Positions 32,384 to 45,844 of a stretch of 64,000 nucleotides of DNA are shown here, one piece after another (the first letter of the stretch is position 1; each line of letters opens with the position of its first letter). The stretch is from the NCBI RefSeq assembly GCF_048593235.1, contig NC_133619.1, positions 583,413,963-583,477,962 of the forward strand, written 5' to 3'. This stretch comes from Sminthopsis crassicaudata. Its lineage: Eukaryota. Both the position numbers and the translations under genes were made by a program. The notes beneath the pieces were generated by a model. That model did no database searches, was not told the origin of the DNA, and saw nothing but the letters and a program-made list of their open reading frames with translations.

Positions 32384-33328
32384 ATGATATTCAACAGTAG
32401 TTACTTCACACCAGAGACCTTCTTCCTCACAGGCCTCCCTGGACTAGAGGCTGTCTACCCCTGGCTCGCCATCCCCTTTTGCTCCATGTACTTTGTGGCC
32501 CTTGTTGGCAATAGCCTGATTCTAGTAGTGATCCATGGCAATCCATCCCTCCATCAGCCTATGTATTTGTTCCTGGGTATGCTGGCCTTCTCTGAGCTTG
32601 GAGTCTCCTCCTCCACACTACCCACTGTGATGAGCATCTTTCTCTTTAACGCCAATGAGATCAGCTTCAATGCCTGCTTGTTCCAGATGTTCTCCATCCA
32701 CTCCTTCTCTATCATGGAGTCAGCTGTCTTGTTGGCCATGTCTGTAGATCGATTTATAGCCATCTACAGCCCACTGCGCTATACAGCCATCTTAACACTG
32801 CCCCGCATTGCCCGCACAGGAGTTGCTATTGCACTGAAGAGTGTGGTGATCATGTTTCCACTGCCATTCCTCCTGAAGCGCCTGCCCTTCTGTGGTCACA
32901 ATACCCTATCCCATTCCTACTGCCTCCATTCAGACCTGATCCAGTTGCCCTGTGGGAATACACGTCCCAATAGCATTCTTGGGCTATGTATTGTCACTTC
33001 CACTTTTGGACTGGACTCATTGCTGATTGTCATTTCTTATGTTCTGATCCTCCATACGGTGCTGGGCATTGCCTCGGGGGAAGGTAGGCGCAAGGCTCTC
33101 AACACATGTGTGTCACACATATGTGCTGTGCTTGTATACTACGTGCCCATGATTGGGGTAGCTATGGTCCATCGCTTTGTGAAACATGCTGCTCCTGCTG
33201 TCCGTCTCCTCCTGGCCAATGTCTATCTCCTTGTGCCCCCTGTGGTCAACCCAATTGTCTACAGCATCAAGACTAAGCAGATCCGTCATGGACTGGTCCA
33301 GATTCTGCTCCAGAAAAAATGTTTATGA
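32384..33328 (+). CDS. Class I olfactory receptor, OR51J-like, intact, 314 aa
   Basis: LHQPMYLFL, MSVDRFIAI, SHSYC, KALNTC, PPVVNPIVYSIKT. The track start 32378 is TTG; the first ATG is 32384 (MIFNSS). Confidence 0.95.
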   Translation: MIFNSSYFTPETFFLTGLPGLEAVYPWLAIPFCSMYFVALVGNSLILVVIHGNPSLHQPMYLFLGMLAFSELGVSSSTLPTVMSIFLFNANEISFNACLFQMFSIHSFSIMESAVLLAMSVDRFIAIYSPLRYTAILTLPRIARTGVAIALKSVVIMFPLPFLLKRLPFCGHNTLSHSYCLHSDLIQLPCGNTRPNSILGLCIVTSTFGLDSLLIVISYVLILHTVLGIASGEGRRKALNTCVSHICAVLVYYVPMIGVAMVHRFVKHAAPAVRLLLANVYLLVPPVVNPIVYSIKTKQIRHGLVQILLQKKCL

Positions 33329-34599
33329 TAATGGATTTTGGAAGGAAAGAAGTCACCCCAACTGGCAAAGCCTGTGCCCAAGAGGTCAAGTCTAAAATCA
33401 GAGAACCCAGTGATAAGGCAATGGAAGTTCTCTTTTCCTAGTAAAAGCACATAGTGGGCAGGATCCCCTCAGTAGAATCAAAGGGTCAATGAGGCATGAG
33501 TCTATAACAGATTGGAATGGCTTCTCTACGACTGATTTTGTATTAGGTATTTGGGAGAGAAATAAAAGAAGGTACACAGTATTTCCTACTTCTGAGAAGC
33601 CTCTAATCCAGTCAGTCAACACACACTTTTTAAAAACTTAAGTGCCAAGCACTCTGCTGAGTGCTTTGAATATAGAGAAAGGTAAAAGACATTCCTGCTG
33701 TGGTGGGAGTCACAGTCTAATGGTGGAGACCACCCACAATCCAAAAGGTCATATTGAAGAAGTCCCAATCTCAGGAATGTAATGTAGCTCCTACCTAACC
33801 TGACAGAATTCTTGTTCTAACAGGAAGACCTAGTTCTGCTCTCTGGAATTTCTGGTCAAAGGAGCTTCTGCCATTTCTTCAGGGAGCCCCTTCCTCCTTC
33901 TCTGCTTTTTAAAAACCACTAATGTTCTTCAAATTCCATGTGAAATGTCTTTTCTCACATGTCCTCACTACTTCCTCTAGCAACCAGCACCTCTCCCTAT
34001 CTCAACATTACTCTGTATTTATTGTGCCTTTTTCCAATATAGTTATATATGTAAATGTTGTCTCTCTCAATATTCTGTAAGTTCCTTCAATTTGGTATCC
34101 CTAGTACCTAGAGCAATTCTTAATGAAAAGTAGGAACTACTTAATTTTTTTGGATTGATTAATAAGAATTTAACCAAAAGGAATATTGGATCCAATGAAT
34201 GAATGATACTCCCTATCCTTAATAGTAATTACTAACATTTATATAACAGTTTTTACAAATATTTTCTCATTTGATCACTCTGACAATTCTAGGCAGCAGA
34301 TGCTATGATCATCCTGATTTACAGATAAAGAAATCGAATCAGAGATTACATAACTTGTTCAGAGTCATACAACTATTGTAGAATGTATTAGAACACTGAT
34401 CTTCCTAAATCCATGTAGTCCTCTATCCACTGCCCCACCTAACTTACTCCTTATAGAGTCTTCTGTCAAGTAGGCTAAAGTCCCTTAAGAATCATTATTT
34501 TGATTGATCTCTGTTCTTCTATTTGGTCAACTTATTTTCTCTGAGGTTTTAATGACTGATAATACTAAAATATGTTAGGTCTCTCCAGAGGTGCTTGAA

Positions 34600-35200
34600 T
34601 TTCCATTTTTTTTAAAGTTTCATTACATTTAGTGATTATTTCCTTATAAGAGGTCTCTTGCAATAAAATAAAAAAGTTAAATAAAATTGACTTCATGCAA
34701 AAGTTCATACAATATTTCATATTTGTTGCAATCCCCATCTTTCTGTTTTTTAATTAGCAAGAATCTATTTTCTTATTTATTTTTCTATCCCAAATTATTT
34801 GAGAAAAAGGAAACAAATGATAAAATTTCTTATAAGAAATATTCATAGTCAAGCAAAAATAAATTTCCCCAATAGATAAGGAAACACACAAACATATACA
34901 CACAAATGCGTGCATCCTAACATCTAGCACCTCTTTGTGATGGAAAACATATTTCAGTGTTCTAATAGGTCTTATGGAATCATGAATTGTCATTAGATTG
35001 AATATAGCATATGACTTTCAATATTGTTTGTTTTTGGTGTTGTTGTTGATGTATAATTATTCTCCTGGTTTTGTTAGTTTCATTATCAGTTTATATTGTC
35101 TTCAAAAATATTAATTTTTATAATATTGATGTTTTGGTATTAATTCCATTTTTGCTCACTGTAGTCTGCATCAATTCATAGAAGTTCATATCCTTACACA
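34600..35200 (-). mobile_element. Old L1 3' region
   Basis: Reverse-complemented L1 3' UTR-like sequence (gttctaataggtcttatggaatcatgaattgtcatt); boundaries approximate. Confidence 0.55.
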
Positions 35201-35759
35201 GAATAATTCTTTTTTTTTTCTTTTTTTTTTTTTTCTGTTTGTGATCTCTACTTCTACCTTTTGCCTTATTTTGATTACTAAAAGAATCCTAGATTGGGAG
35301 ATAGAAAGCTAACTTTCCCAGGGGCTGATGGTATCACTAGCTGTCTGTGTGACATCATATATCTATGAGCCTTAATTTTCTTCTCTATTAATTAAAAAAG
35401 GAGTTTGTCTTTGATCTCTGGTTCTAAGATGCAATAATCCTATGAATCAAAGAAGAGTGAAGAAACAAAAAGTACTGCCTATAATAAAATATGTTGAATT
35501 GTTGAGAAGTGAGCTAAAAGTGTTAAAGAAAAGGCTGAATGATCCCATAAAATATGCTGCCCTTATCTTGGGTGGGATGTTGGGACTAGATATTTCTGAT
35601 GAATTTTGATTTTGATCTTGTAAAGTTATGGTGATTCTTCTTCATCTTTACTGTTATCTCATATGTCCCTCCTCCTGTTCTTAATCATAAGTAGCACATA
35701 CTCAGGTAATTTAGATGCTAAATCTACATGGTGGCACTAAGAGAAATCTGATGATAAAA

Positions 35760-36390
35760 ATTCTTTATAGATAGGAGAATTAGAGATACGTGATTCAGTC
35801 AACATGATCTATCTTGACTTGGTCTAACTCATAAAACTGACTTTCACATTGGATTTGCGTCAATCACAGATCAGTGAACTATAGCCTTGATTCACATGGG
35901 ACATTATTCCTGGTCCTTTCTTGCTGGGTTTTGTAAACATTTTATATATGCTATCTCACTTGATCCTCTGTGCAGTATTTTTGCTAATGTGTTGAATGAA
36001 AGCATAAGTGGAATTCTTGTCAAATACAGAAACCATGGTGGGAAAGCTAACAGGTCAGATGTCAAAACCAGAAACCCCAAATTCTTCCACTACTACTAGA
36101 ATATTGAGTCAAGTCAAATTTAATAGGATGTCATCAAACATGGAGCAATGTAAATTCCTACATTGGGGCCACTTGTGTGAAAGCTAAAAAAAAGTCAACA
36201 TGACTTTAACTGAGGAATAGCATCAAAACAAAGGAAGTGCTAGTTCTGTGGTATTCCATCTTCTTAAATTTAGCACTACATTTTTGAAAGGCTACTGAGA
36301 AGCTGGTGAGCATACAGAGAAGGACATCTCCTATAGTGAAGGCACTCCATACCAGATGAGGATCTGATGAAGGAAACAGGAACAATGGTT
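35760..36390 (+). mobile_element. L3/CR1 relic
   Basis: tgatctatcttgactt, caaatttaataggat...aatgtaaattcctacattgggg, agcactacatttttgaaagg...gagaagctgg. Further CR1-like pieces at about 57490-57750 (-) and 59960-60330 (+). Confidence 0.6.
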
Positions 36391-37929
36391 AGAGATGCTA
36401 AGAGAAAGGGGAAAAAAAAAGGAGGAAAAAGAGAAAGAGGAAAGGAAGGAAGGTAGGAAGCATGGAAGGAAGGAAAGAGGGAGAGAGAAAGGAAACAAGG
36501 AAGGAAGCAAGGAAGGAACAGAGGGTGAAAGGAAGGATTTATTAAGCATTTACTATGACCTGATACTATGCTAAACACTGGACATAAAAATACAATAATC
36601 TCTGTCCATAAGGAACTTATATTCTAGTGGAGAAATACAACATGCAAAAGGGAACTGAAAGGGAGGAGGGGGAGATGCTCATGTCATGAGTATGCCAGGA
36701 GCCAGGAGCAAGACCAAGAGGGAAATGAAAGCCAATCTAGGCTCTTCCAGAAAATGGAGGTCCCAGAAAAAAACTCATCAGTGGGAGAAGGGGGCAGTTT
36801 TTACAGAGGGATAATCCAAGTTAAGAAGACTAGTTGAATGTTCTAGAGTGATGAGAACCTGGGTACTGAGAGAAATTTCAGGATGAGGTCATCACAGAGG
36901 CATGATTTTGAAGTCCCCAATCTAGGAGGAAGATACAGATCAGAAAATAATTTCTATTATCTAATTTAAGGTTCCTTTAACCCCTAAGATTTCAGTGTAT
37001 GACCCAGGCTTGTCTAGGCATTCCCAGTTCACTTAGCATGGAAGTGCTCTTGAAGGGATTTTGGAGCAAGTCCACATAGCCTAACATGGAGTTTTCTGTA
37101 TCCCCATTCTTTGAGTAGGATGGCTTCCTTTGAATGACTACCTGTATCTTTCTGTTGCTCTTACTTGCTACAGCCAGAGGATGAAAATCCAAGTTAATTC
37201 ATAGTGTATACACCAAAAACTTAATTGCTCCCTCTTCTACACCTGTTCCAAGAAAAGGAGTGGGAGTGATTGTACCTATTCAGTTTTTGTTTGACTTTCT
37301 CAGCTTCTAAGTGCCATCTGTAATCTTCATGGGACCCAAGAGTTCAAGCCTGGTGATTCCAGGAGAGATTCCAGGAGGTAATGTTCAGAAGAGCCTCTGG
37401 AATCTTAGTCTTTTTGACCACACACATACACTTCAATGAGAATGGTGCAGGGTTTGGATGTGGTACTTGGACTGTGCTCTATAATAGCAAACTAAGCTAT
37501 GACTTAAACCTCTTCCCCTCCCCAGTGACTGAGATAGTGCAAAGTGAGGGGACAAAACTCTGTACAAGATAAAAACATCATGAATTAATACTGGAGAACT
37601 ATTTGGAAAGTTCCATCCAAAAATCCCTATTTCTTTCTCAGAAAAAAACTTATTAACCAGTTGTTGACTTCCAAAGTCTGCCTTATTCTAACGAAGTCTT
37701 TGACCTTGGCAGCAATCATGAAGGGGACATTACTCCCATAAAGTCTTCAGTTTCTTAATCTGAATTTCATATTTTCAGCAATGCTCTCTGTGTTATTTTT
37801 AGCAGTAGACTTTCTGCCAATGTGAATGACCAGACACATATAGTAATCATCTGTATTTTCTCTTAGTCATGAATAATAGGCACCAGAAGGAAAAAACAGA
37901 TTTTTCTCTTTCCATTGTTGCTTTTAAAT

Positions 37930-38300
37930 CAAGAAATTGTAATCTCCAGTTCCAATGGTCTTGTGATGGAGAGAGCCATCTGCATCCAGAGAGAGATCTA
38001 TGGGGACTGAATGTGAATCACAACATAGCATTTTCACTTTTTGTTATTGTTTACTTGCATTTTGTATTTCTCATTTTTTCTCTTCTGGATCTGATTTTTC
38101 TTGAGCAGCATGATAATGTGGAAATATGTATAGAAGAATTGCACAGGTTTAACATGTGCCATCTAGAGGAGAGAGTGAGGAGAAGGGAGAGAGAAAAAAT
38201 TAGGAAAACAAGGTTTTGCAAAGGTGAATGTTGAAAACTATCTATGCATGTGTTTTGAAATAAAAAAACTTTAATGAAAAAATAAAAATTAAAAAAAAAG
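37930..38300 (+). mobile_element. L1 3' UTR fragment
   Basis: Same 3' UTR as at 3931 and 63224; A-rich tail. Confidence 0.85.
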
Positions 38301-39121
38301 AAATAGTGGGCTCAGTAATACTCAATAGGAAGTCACAAATCACAACTACTAAACTTTTCTTTCAACTCATAAGAAAATCTTCTATCTAGTGCAATTTGTA
38401 GACCTACATTATCATTCCTGAGAGGACAAATGGATTCTCTACACAAGCAGGGAGGTGGTATAGTGTATAGGGCTTCAGGCTTAGAGTCAGGAAGTTCTAA
38501 GTTCAAATTTAGCCCCAAACACTTAGGAGGCTCATAATCCCAAACAAGTCATTTGACCTTTTCCTGCCTCAGTTTCCCCAATTGGAAAAGAGGAAAACAG
38601 TAACATCTACCTGCCAGAATTTGTGAGGATCAAATAAGATGATATTTGTAAAGCACTTGGCATGGTGCTTACTAGATACTTATTTACTTTCCTCCAAAAA
38701 AAAATCTAGTTTCCTCATCTTAAAGAAGAACCACATATAAGTTTATATGCTGCTAGCATACAATCAGAGTTTTATCCCTTAATTCAAGGAAGTCACTGAA
38801 ATTGCCCAGTCCTGGGGTCTAGATCAGAAGTGAGGAGGTGGAGAGTAGCAGGAAGTCAGCATTTTAGTGGGAAGGAAACAAAATGGTGAAGGATAGTATT
38901 GGGGTAAAAGAGTAGATGAATCCTGACTATTTGCTTTTAAGAACAAAAGGGAATAGATAGCAAGAAAACTAAAAGAGAAATATTGGCTATAAGTTCAGCT
39001 GCCAGTCAGATAAATCAATATTGGAATTATACAAAAGGAAAAGTTAGCAAGAAATCTACAAAGGAAATGATATCATGAATAGATGTTACATGAAAAATTA
39101 CAAGAACTATAGTTCCTGACT

Positions 39122-39511
39122 TGTGAGGGTCTGGTCCTCTGCTCAATTATAATCCTTCTCTGGGAGGAGATGTGTAAAATATTTTCCTCTATGCTCAGGT
39201 TTCTTGGGAGCTCTGAATCTCCTCCAGTTCTTGTCCTTCCCCAAATCAGACTGGTCTCCTTATCCCAGAGTTGATTCTCTCAGACCCAATGCTGCGCTTC
39301 TTTTATCCTTCCAGAGAATAGGCATGTGAGAACTCAACGGGGCATGGGGAAATACTTCCACCAATGAACTTGCTCCTCTTAGAATTCCTAAGGTGTAAAC
39401 TCCCTTTAAAGGACCAAACCAAAGGTCTGAGCCAGAGAACTGTCAAGTCAACCTGAGTTCTCACCTTGTAATTGTCCAGACAACCTGAGTTCTCACCTTA
39501 TAATCCTAACA
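39122..39511 (-). mobile_element. LTR (family unnamed)
   Basis: TG...CA ends; internal duplicated unit caacctgagttctcacctt; no clear TSD, so possibly truncated. Confidence 0.65.
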
Positions 39512-40159
39512 AAGAACTGAAAAATTCCAAATAAAAAAATATAAATCAAGGCAATTTGGGGACCTCAGAAATCAATTTATAAATTCATACAGCATAAATC
39601 TAGAGTTAAAAGGAAGTTCCAAGTTTATCTAGCACAAATACTTATTTTACATATGAAGAACCTAAGACCAAGAGAAGGGAAGTGACCCACATCACAAAGT
39701 ATTATCAATTTAGACCTAGAAGACATCAAAGGGATCATCTAAGCAAAATTCCTAATTTTATAGTTGAGGAAACTGAAGTGACTTGCCCAAGAACACTCAG
39801 ATAAGTAAGCATCAAGAACAAGATTTGAATACAAATCTGACATAAAATTCAACTCTCTTTCCACTGAACCATGTGATCCAACCTCTCTTCTTCTCTATAA
39901 TATTTCTGACAAAGAGGTGGTCATCAAGTCTCTGTTTGAATGCTCCCAATATTTTTTTCCTGGTATGGAATAATAATGAATACCTTATCCCAATTCAATA
40001 TGAAAATCTCACGTGAAAGAAAAAAGTCATTTAGAACTTTTTTTATCTGACATTATGTTTCTTGTTGTATTTTCCTTACCTTCCTTCTCTAGTCCTAATT
40101 TTAGCCTAGCTAGCTATTCTCTCAATATCATTGTGTCTCCATGATCAGAGTGAGTAATT

Positions 40160-40372
40160 TTCTAGATAATTGATCCCCAGATGAGTAGAAGATTCTGTTC
40201 TGTAGGCTTTTCTTACTCTATTCCTTGGAGGCTTCATACACTTTCATGGACTCATATAAAATGAAGCTCTTTGCCCACCTTTACATACCTAGAGGGAAGG
40301 AGACACAAATGTCAAAACACCAGAGACCTACATATAGAGTTTCCAAAGAGTTTCCTTTTCTTTCGGTAAGTG
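40160..40372 (+). promoter_or_regulatory. Candidate promoter/first exon of the OR at 42866
   Basis: Homeodomain TAATTG (40167-40172) next to O/E-like TCCCCAGAT, TATAAAA at 40255-40261, donor TCG|GTAAGT at 40366. Confidence 0.55.
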
Positions 40373-41960
40373 TCTGTGATCCAGATTTTGGGACCAAGTT
40401 TTCTTGGAACAAGTCCTGCATCTTAATATCCATCACAGTTCCCATTCTTAGCCTCACATCTTAATTCTTATGTCTTAGACTTTGTCTTTGCTGGAAAAGA
40501 GGATACAATTTTTCCCTTTTTCTTCCCCTTATAGAAGATACAGAGGGACCTGATTGAGATTGAAAAATAATTTAACAGGACTCCTGTCTAGGATTCAGGA
40601 AACGCAGCTCAATCAGGTAGCTGCTGAAGAGAAGGAGGGAGAGGATAAGGAAAGAGAGTAGAACCAGAAAATGTGAGGAAAGAAAAAAAAAAAAAAGATT
40701 AGGGGAATTATTAGCAAGTTTGGCTTTTACAGGGATTTTTTGTTTGTTTATTTTGCTTTTGGGGATGGGGCAGTACTAGCTTCTGAAGCATTGCTAGAGT
40801 ACTTCTGTTTCTCTTTAAAGCACTCCAAACTATCCTCTGCTTCCAGTTTGAAATTGTTTTCTCCATAGGTACCTGAAATTCAGTAGTACTGAATGCAATT
40901 ATCATCCCAGATTATTTTGAGTTCTCTTTCTCTGACTTGATAAAGTTTAAAAAATGCCCCAGTGTTCAAGTTTTTTTCTAAGTTATTTGCCTCTAATTAG
41001 TCAACATCTCAAGATCTCCACAACTGGCTTTGAATTCTGGTAATCGAGTTGAATGTAATCTCTTTGAGAGCAGAGACTGTTTTTCTTTTTATCTTTGTAT
41101 CCCTAGCTACATTAAATAGGTAGATAGATTGCTTGTGTATGTGTGTGTTTTATGGATATAAATTGCTTTGCATACCTTAAATCACTTAGATTTCATGATA
41201 AATATGTGAAATGGTATGTATATAATATAACTCTGTTTCTCATTGAGTGGGAGGGATGAGAGGGAAAAGAAAAATTTGGAACTCAATTTTAAAAAAATGA
41301 ATTAGTATCATTAGTATCATTAACTTCCTTTTACATGTGAAGACACAGATTTAGAATGATGAATGTCACATAAGCAGTAAGTGGGAGAACTGTTCCTCAT
41401 ATTCAGGTATTCTGACTCTTGAGAGCTAACTTAGCACAGTATCTGGCCCATAGTAAGTATTTGATAAATGCTTTCTTCCTTTTTTAATATTTCTTTTTTC
41501 TTTTTTTTTCCATTCTTTTCTCATTCTCCCCTTTCTTTACTCATTCTTATTTTTTCTCTTTTGCAAAACCATTTCTCATAAAATAGGAAAGATACTATGT
41601 AGTGGTAACATTATAATGCTCTAAAACTAAGTCCAGCATCACCTTCTTTTAATTTTTGGATCAAACTTTGAAGACCATTATGTATGTTTACCTATAGGAT
41701 TCTAATGGGAAAGGGAATAAACAATTATTTGCAGGCACAATTATTTGCAGGCACTCTGCTAATTCTCACAACTACCATATATGAGGGAACTGCTAGTAGG
41801 TTTCCTCATATTACAGTTGAGGAAATTGAAGTAGATAGAGATTAAGTGACCTGCCAAGGGACACAGAGCTAATAAGTATCAGTCTAGATTTAAATTTAAG
41901 TATTCTTGACTCCAGGTTCAGCATTCTATCCACCATGCTACCTTGGGATGAGACTCCCTC

Positions 41961-42543
41961 TGATAAGAACTAGATAAGGGGCATCTAAATGAAATTAGGT
42001 TTGAGATCTAGTGGCAGGTTCGGGGTACAGGGAGTCAAATGAAGCTCCCCTGCAACCCCTTTGGATTTGGCCCAAGGATACAGAATTAAATGAGGTCTAG
42101 TAGCAGTGCAAGAGTCCCCTGTAAAGGAATTTACAAACTCGAAAGCCTAGATTGATAAAAGAGGTTTATTATGGGGTTTGGAAGTAAAGTTTAATTAGTA
42201 AAGTTGAAGGTAGAGATAAAAGGCACCAGAACCTGAGTTCCACTGGGCAGAATCCTTTGACATGACAGGTGTAAGGCTACCATGTTTGGGGACCTCTGCA
42301 AATAGAGGATTCTAGTTTGGCTCTTTTATAATAGGGGGCTTTGGACAATTTGAAGGGGCTCGTGAGTCCAGTCCCAGGTTGGCTTCGGGCTGGGTTTCAG
42401 CCAGGGTTAGAATTTGAATAGAATTCAATGGCTTTCTGGACTGAATCAGAGAACAAAGATGAAAATTGTTTGTGTTTAGGGTGGAGTCCCCTCCCTGAGG
42501 CAGAGTCCAAGGAGGTTTTAAGACTTTTGGGGTTTCCTCATCA
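41961..42543 (-). mobile_element. Solo LTR family B
   Basis: TGATG...TATCA ends, 4-bp TSD CCTC (41957-41960, 42544-42547), TATAAAA and AATAAA on the minus strand. Confidence 0.9.
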
Positions 42544-42865
42544 CCTCTACTCCTTTCCTTTCATCTGCCCTGTCTGGACACCCCGTGCATAAGATCTCAG
42601 ATTTCTATATGAATGTTTCTTTGTAGATTAGTTAATCCAAACTTCTCATTTGGACCATTGTAGAACCTGAGAAGTTCACTAATTTATACAAGATCATAAA
42701 GACAGTTAAATGAAAGAGGCAGGATTTGAAGCCTACTCCTCTGGTTCCAAAGTCAGTGTTCTTTACAATACGCCCACAGGAATCCTGTTGGCAGTAGTCC
42801 CTGGCTGATTAACATTTTGCTTACAATCCTTTAGGAAACTCTGGTCTTATAGGACCAGCTCTGCA

Positions 42866-43825
42866 ATGCAAGGTCTCAACAACTCCTTCCCATTCACTCC
42901 TCAGACCTTCATTCTGGTTGGGATCCCTGGACTGGAAGCTGAGCAAGTCAGAATTTCTATTCCCTTCTGCCTGATGTACACGATCATCTTCCTGGGTAAT
43001 GGCATTATTCTTCATGTAATTCGGGTTGACCAAACTCTTCATCAGCCCATGTATCTTTTCTTGGCCATGTTGGCGTCAGTGGAGCTCGGTGTCACCACAT
43101 GTACGCTGCCTACTGTCTTGGGCATCTTCCTTTTTGGCAACAATGAAATCAGCTTTGAAGCCTGTCTGTTCCAGATGTTCTTTATGCATTCCTTTACCAT
43201 GATGGAGTCAGGTGTCTTACTGGCCATGTCTGTGGACCGCTTCATAGCCATCTACAACCCACTGCGCTACATGGCCATCCTGACTCTGCCTCGAATTGCC
43301 TGCACAGGGATTGCCATTGGGCTAAAGACCTTTGGGCTCATGCTTCCACTGCCCTTACTCTTAAGGCGTTTGCCTTTCTGTGGACACAATACTCTGTCCC
43401 ATTCTTATTGCCTACACTCAGACCTGATCAAGTTGCCTTGTGGAAACACCCGCCCAAACAGCATCCTGGGGCTTTTCATTGTCATCTTCACCTTTGGAGT
43501 AGACTCAATGCTTATTGTGGTCTCTTATGTACTTATCCTTCGAACAGTGTTGGGCATTGCCTCCAAGGAAGGTCGATGGAAGGCACTTAACACATGTGTG
43601 TCACATATCTGTGCTGTGCTTGCATACTATGTACCCGTGATTAGTCTTTCTGTGTTACATCGCTTCATGCACCCAATGCCTCCCCTGCTGCAGGTCATGA
43701 TGTCCAATGCTTACCTCTTATTCCCACCTGTGGTCAACCCAATTGTCTACAGTGTCAAGACCAAAGAAATACGCCGAGCTATTATACAAACACTGTCCAG
43801 GAAGAGGGTCACAGTTAGCTCATGA
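42866..43825 (+). CDS. OR51J1: Class I olfactory receptor, OR51J1-like, intact, 319 aa
   Basis: All OR motifs present. TFILVGIPGLE, GNGIILHVIR, FGNNEISFEACLFQM and PLLQVMMSNAY resemble recalled human OR51J1. Acceptors at 42834 and 42852. One-to-one orthology is not resolved against the 55431 gene. Confidence 0.93.
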   Translation: MQGLNNSFPFTPQTFILVGIPGLEAEQVRISIPFCLMYTIIFLGNGIILHVIRVDQTLHQPMYLFLAMLASVELGVTTCTLPTVLGIFLFGNNEISFEACLFQMFFMHSFTMMESGVLLAMSVDRFIAIYNPLRYMAILTLPRIACTGIAIGLKTFGLMLPLPLLLRRLPFCGHNTLSHSYCLHSDLIKLPCGNTRPNSILGLFIVIFTFGVDSMLIVVSYVLILRTVLGIASKEGRWKALNTCVSHICAVLAYYVPVISLSVLHRFMHPMPPLLQVMMSNAYLLFPPVVNPIVYSVKTKEIRRAIIQTLSRKRVTVSS

Positions 43826-44030
43826 TAAATAGTGAGAAGATCACACAGGGAATTGTAGATTAAGCTCAAATAGGCTGATGGCATTCTTGTGAGAATTTTT
43901 TGTGGATTTCCTTTTGAAAGTAAGACTTTGACATCAATCTGGGGAGCCTTTCAGAATATAATAGCAACTCAATTGTTCTGTTGTGACCCAAGTCATTTGC
44001 ATTTATCACCAATTGTTCCATCTTCCACTA

Positions 44031-44055
44031 TGTGTGTGTGTGTGTGTGTGTGTGT
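44031..44055. repeat. (TG)n microsatellite
   Basis: Direct reading. Others: (CA)n ~8601-8620, (AT)n ~50531-50597, (TG)n ~50907-50942, (TTTG)n ~52765-52810. Confidence 0.95.
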
Positions 44056-44799
44056 TGGAAGGCTAGGCAGAGTGGGGGAAGAGGAAAGGAGAAGGATAGA
44101 AGGAAGAATGGATGATTGAAAAAACATTAATTGCTTACTATGTGCAAAGCACATATGTGCTAGGGGTTGGGGATCCAAATAACAAACAAAATAATGTACT
44201 CAAGGATCTCACTTTCTACTAGAGGAGACAACATATAAGGGGGATTTTCACTGTAAGCCAAATGGAAAAGTCCCATAGTTCTTAGGTACCAGCTGCAAAA
44301 TAGTTGGTAATGCATTTTCTTTAATGTTATTTCCACTAACAAAACTACCTCTTTCCATTGTTAAACCATTTGACAGTGCAAAAGGCTGGTGGTAAAAACT
44401 TTCTTTCCCAGATCTTCAGTAACTATGGCTACCAAGGTGGTAAGGGGATGCCATAGCTGCAGAAGCAGCTGTTGAGTAACAATTCCACATGGATTCATCA
44501 CTGAGTGGTGGAAATAAGAGATGATTTGGAAGCAGGGATAAAAATTTGGGGAGAGGATGGTTTGGTACTTTTGTTTATAAATTCTTGAGATTAGAATCTT
44601 GAATTGTCTACCCTGAACTCCTCACCCACTTTCCTTTCCTTCCCTACCTCATCCTTCATCAGCTATATTTTTTATGCTTTCGTCTCTTTCTTGTATGTGT
44701 GTTTCATGTATGTTTTTTGGGGAAGGTTTAGGAGGATCATGTCTGGGAATAAAAATAAAGTTATTAAAATACATAAAATGATTGCTTCAAATCAGTAAG

Positions 44800-45720
44800 A
44801 ATAAGAATGTAAAGCAAAACAATCATAACATCTCATCTTACATGTAGAAAATTGGTAAAGATGAAAAAAGAAGAGAATAATCAGTGTTGGAGATGGAGAA
44901 CCTGTGAAATGACAGGAACATTGATGAACTACATTTAAAACTGTAAAGTGTTCTGACTATTCTGTAAAACAATTTGGAACTATGTTAAGAAATGCAAATG
45001 AAAACAACACTGAACTTTTACTTCAATTGGCAAAGGTGAAAATAAATATTGTAGAGATTGTGAATTGACAAGCAAATTAATACACTGTTGCTGAGGCTAT
45101 AAATTGTTACAAAAGGTGCCTAAAATATTTATATCCTTTGACTCAACTCTTACGGCTAGGAGTACACCAAGGAAGTCAAAGACAGAAATGAAGATTTCCT
45201 GCATACCAAAATATAGATAGTAGTACTTTTCCTCGAAATAAACTGCATATCCATCTGATACCAGTTGAAAACACAGTAAATATCCATCTATTGAGAAATG
45301 GCTACATAAATTTTCATACATAAGTGTAATAAAATATTGCTAAATCATAAGAAAAATGAATGTGAAGAAAAAAAGATGTGAAAACAGGAACTGATGCAAA
45401 GTGAAGTCAGCAGAACCACTTAAATGATTTGAAAATGATTATAATGTAAGTGAAAAAGTATAATAAGCACAAGAATATTATAATTAAAATTACCAAGAAG
45501 ATTTTTAAAAATGCACTTCCCTATCTCCCTTACAGAGATAAAAAAGTTTACTTGAGCATTGTTGCTGTTCTAGTTTTGCTTTAATGTCTTTATCTCTCTC
45601 CTTTTTATATTGTTGCTAGAAGGATAGGAGAAAGGAGCGAGCTATATTTAGGGAAAATGTAATACAAACTTTTAAAAAAATAAATAAATAAAATATTTCC
45701 AAAGTTAAAATAGGACATTT
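44800..45720 (+). mobile_element. Old L1 ORF2 C-terminus and 3' UTR
   Basis: aacaatttggaactatg, atatcctttgac, gaactgatgcaaagtgaagtcagcagaacc. Confidence 0.75.
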
Positions 45721-45844
45721 AAAGCAACTATTAGCTATTGTAATATTTTCAAAATCTTAAAAAATAAAGTTTTTATTTTTATTTTTAAATTGGGTAGAAA
45801 AGTTTAAAAAAGAAATAAGTAATGATTAAGAGTTTACTATGTGT

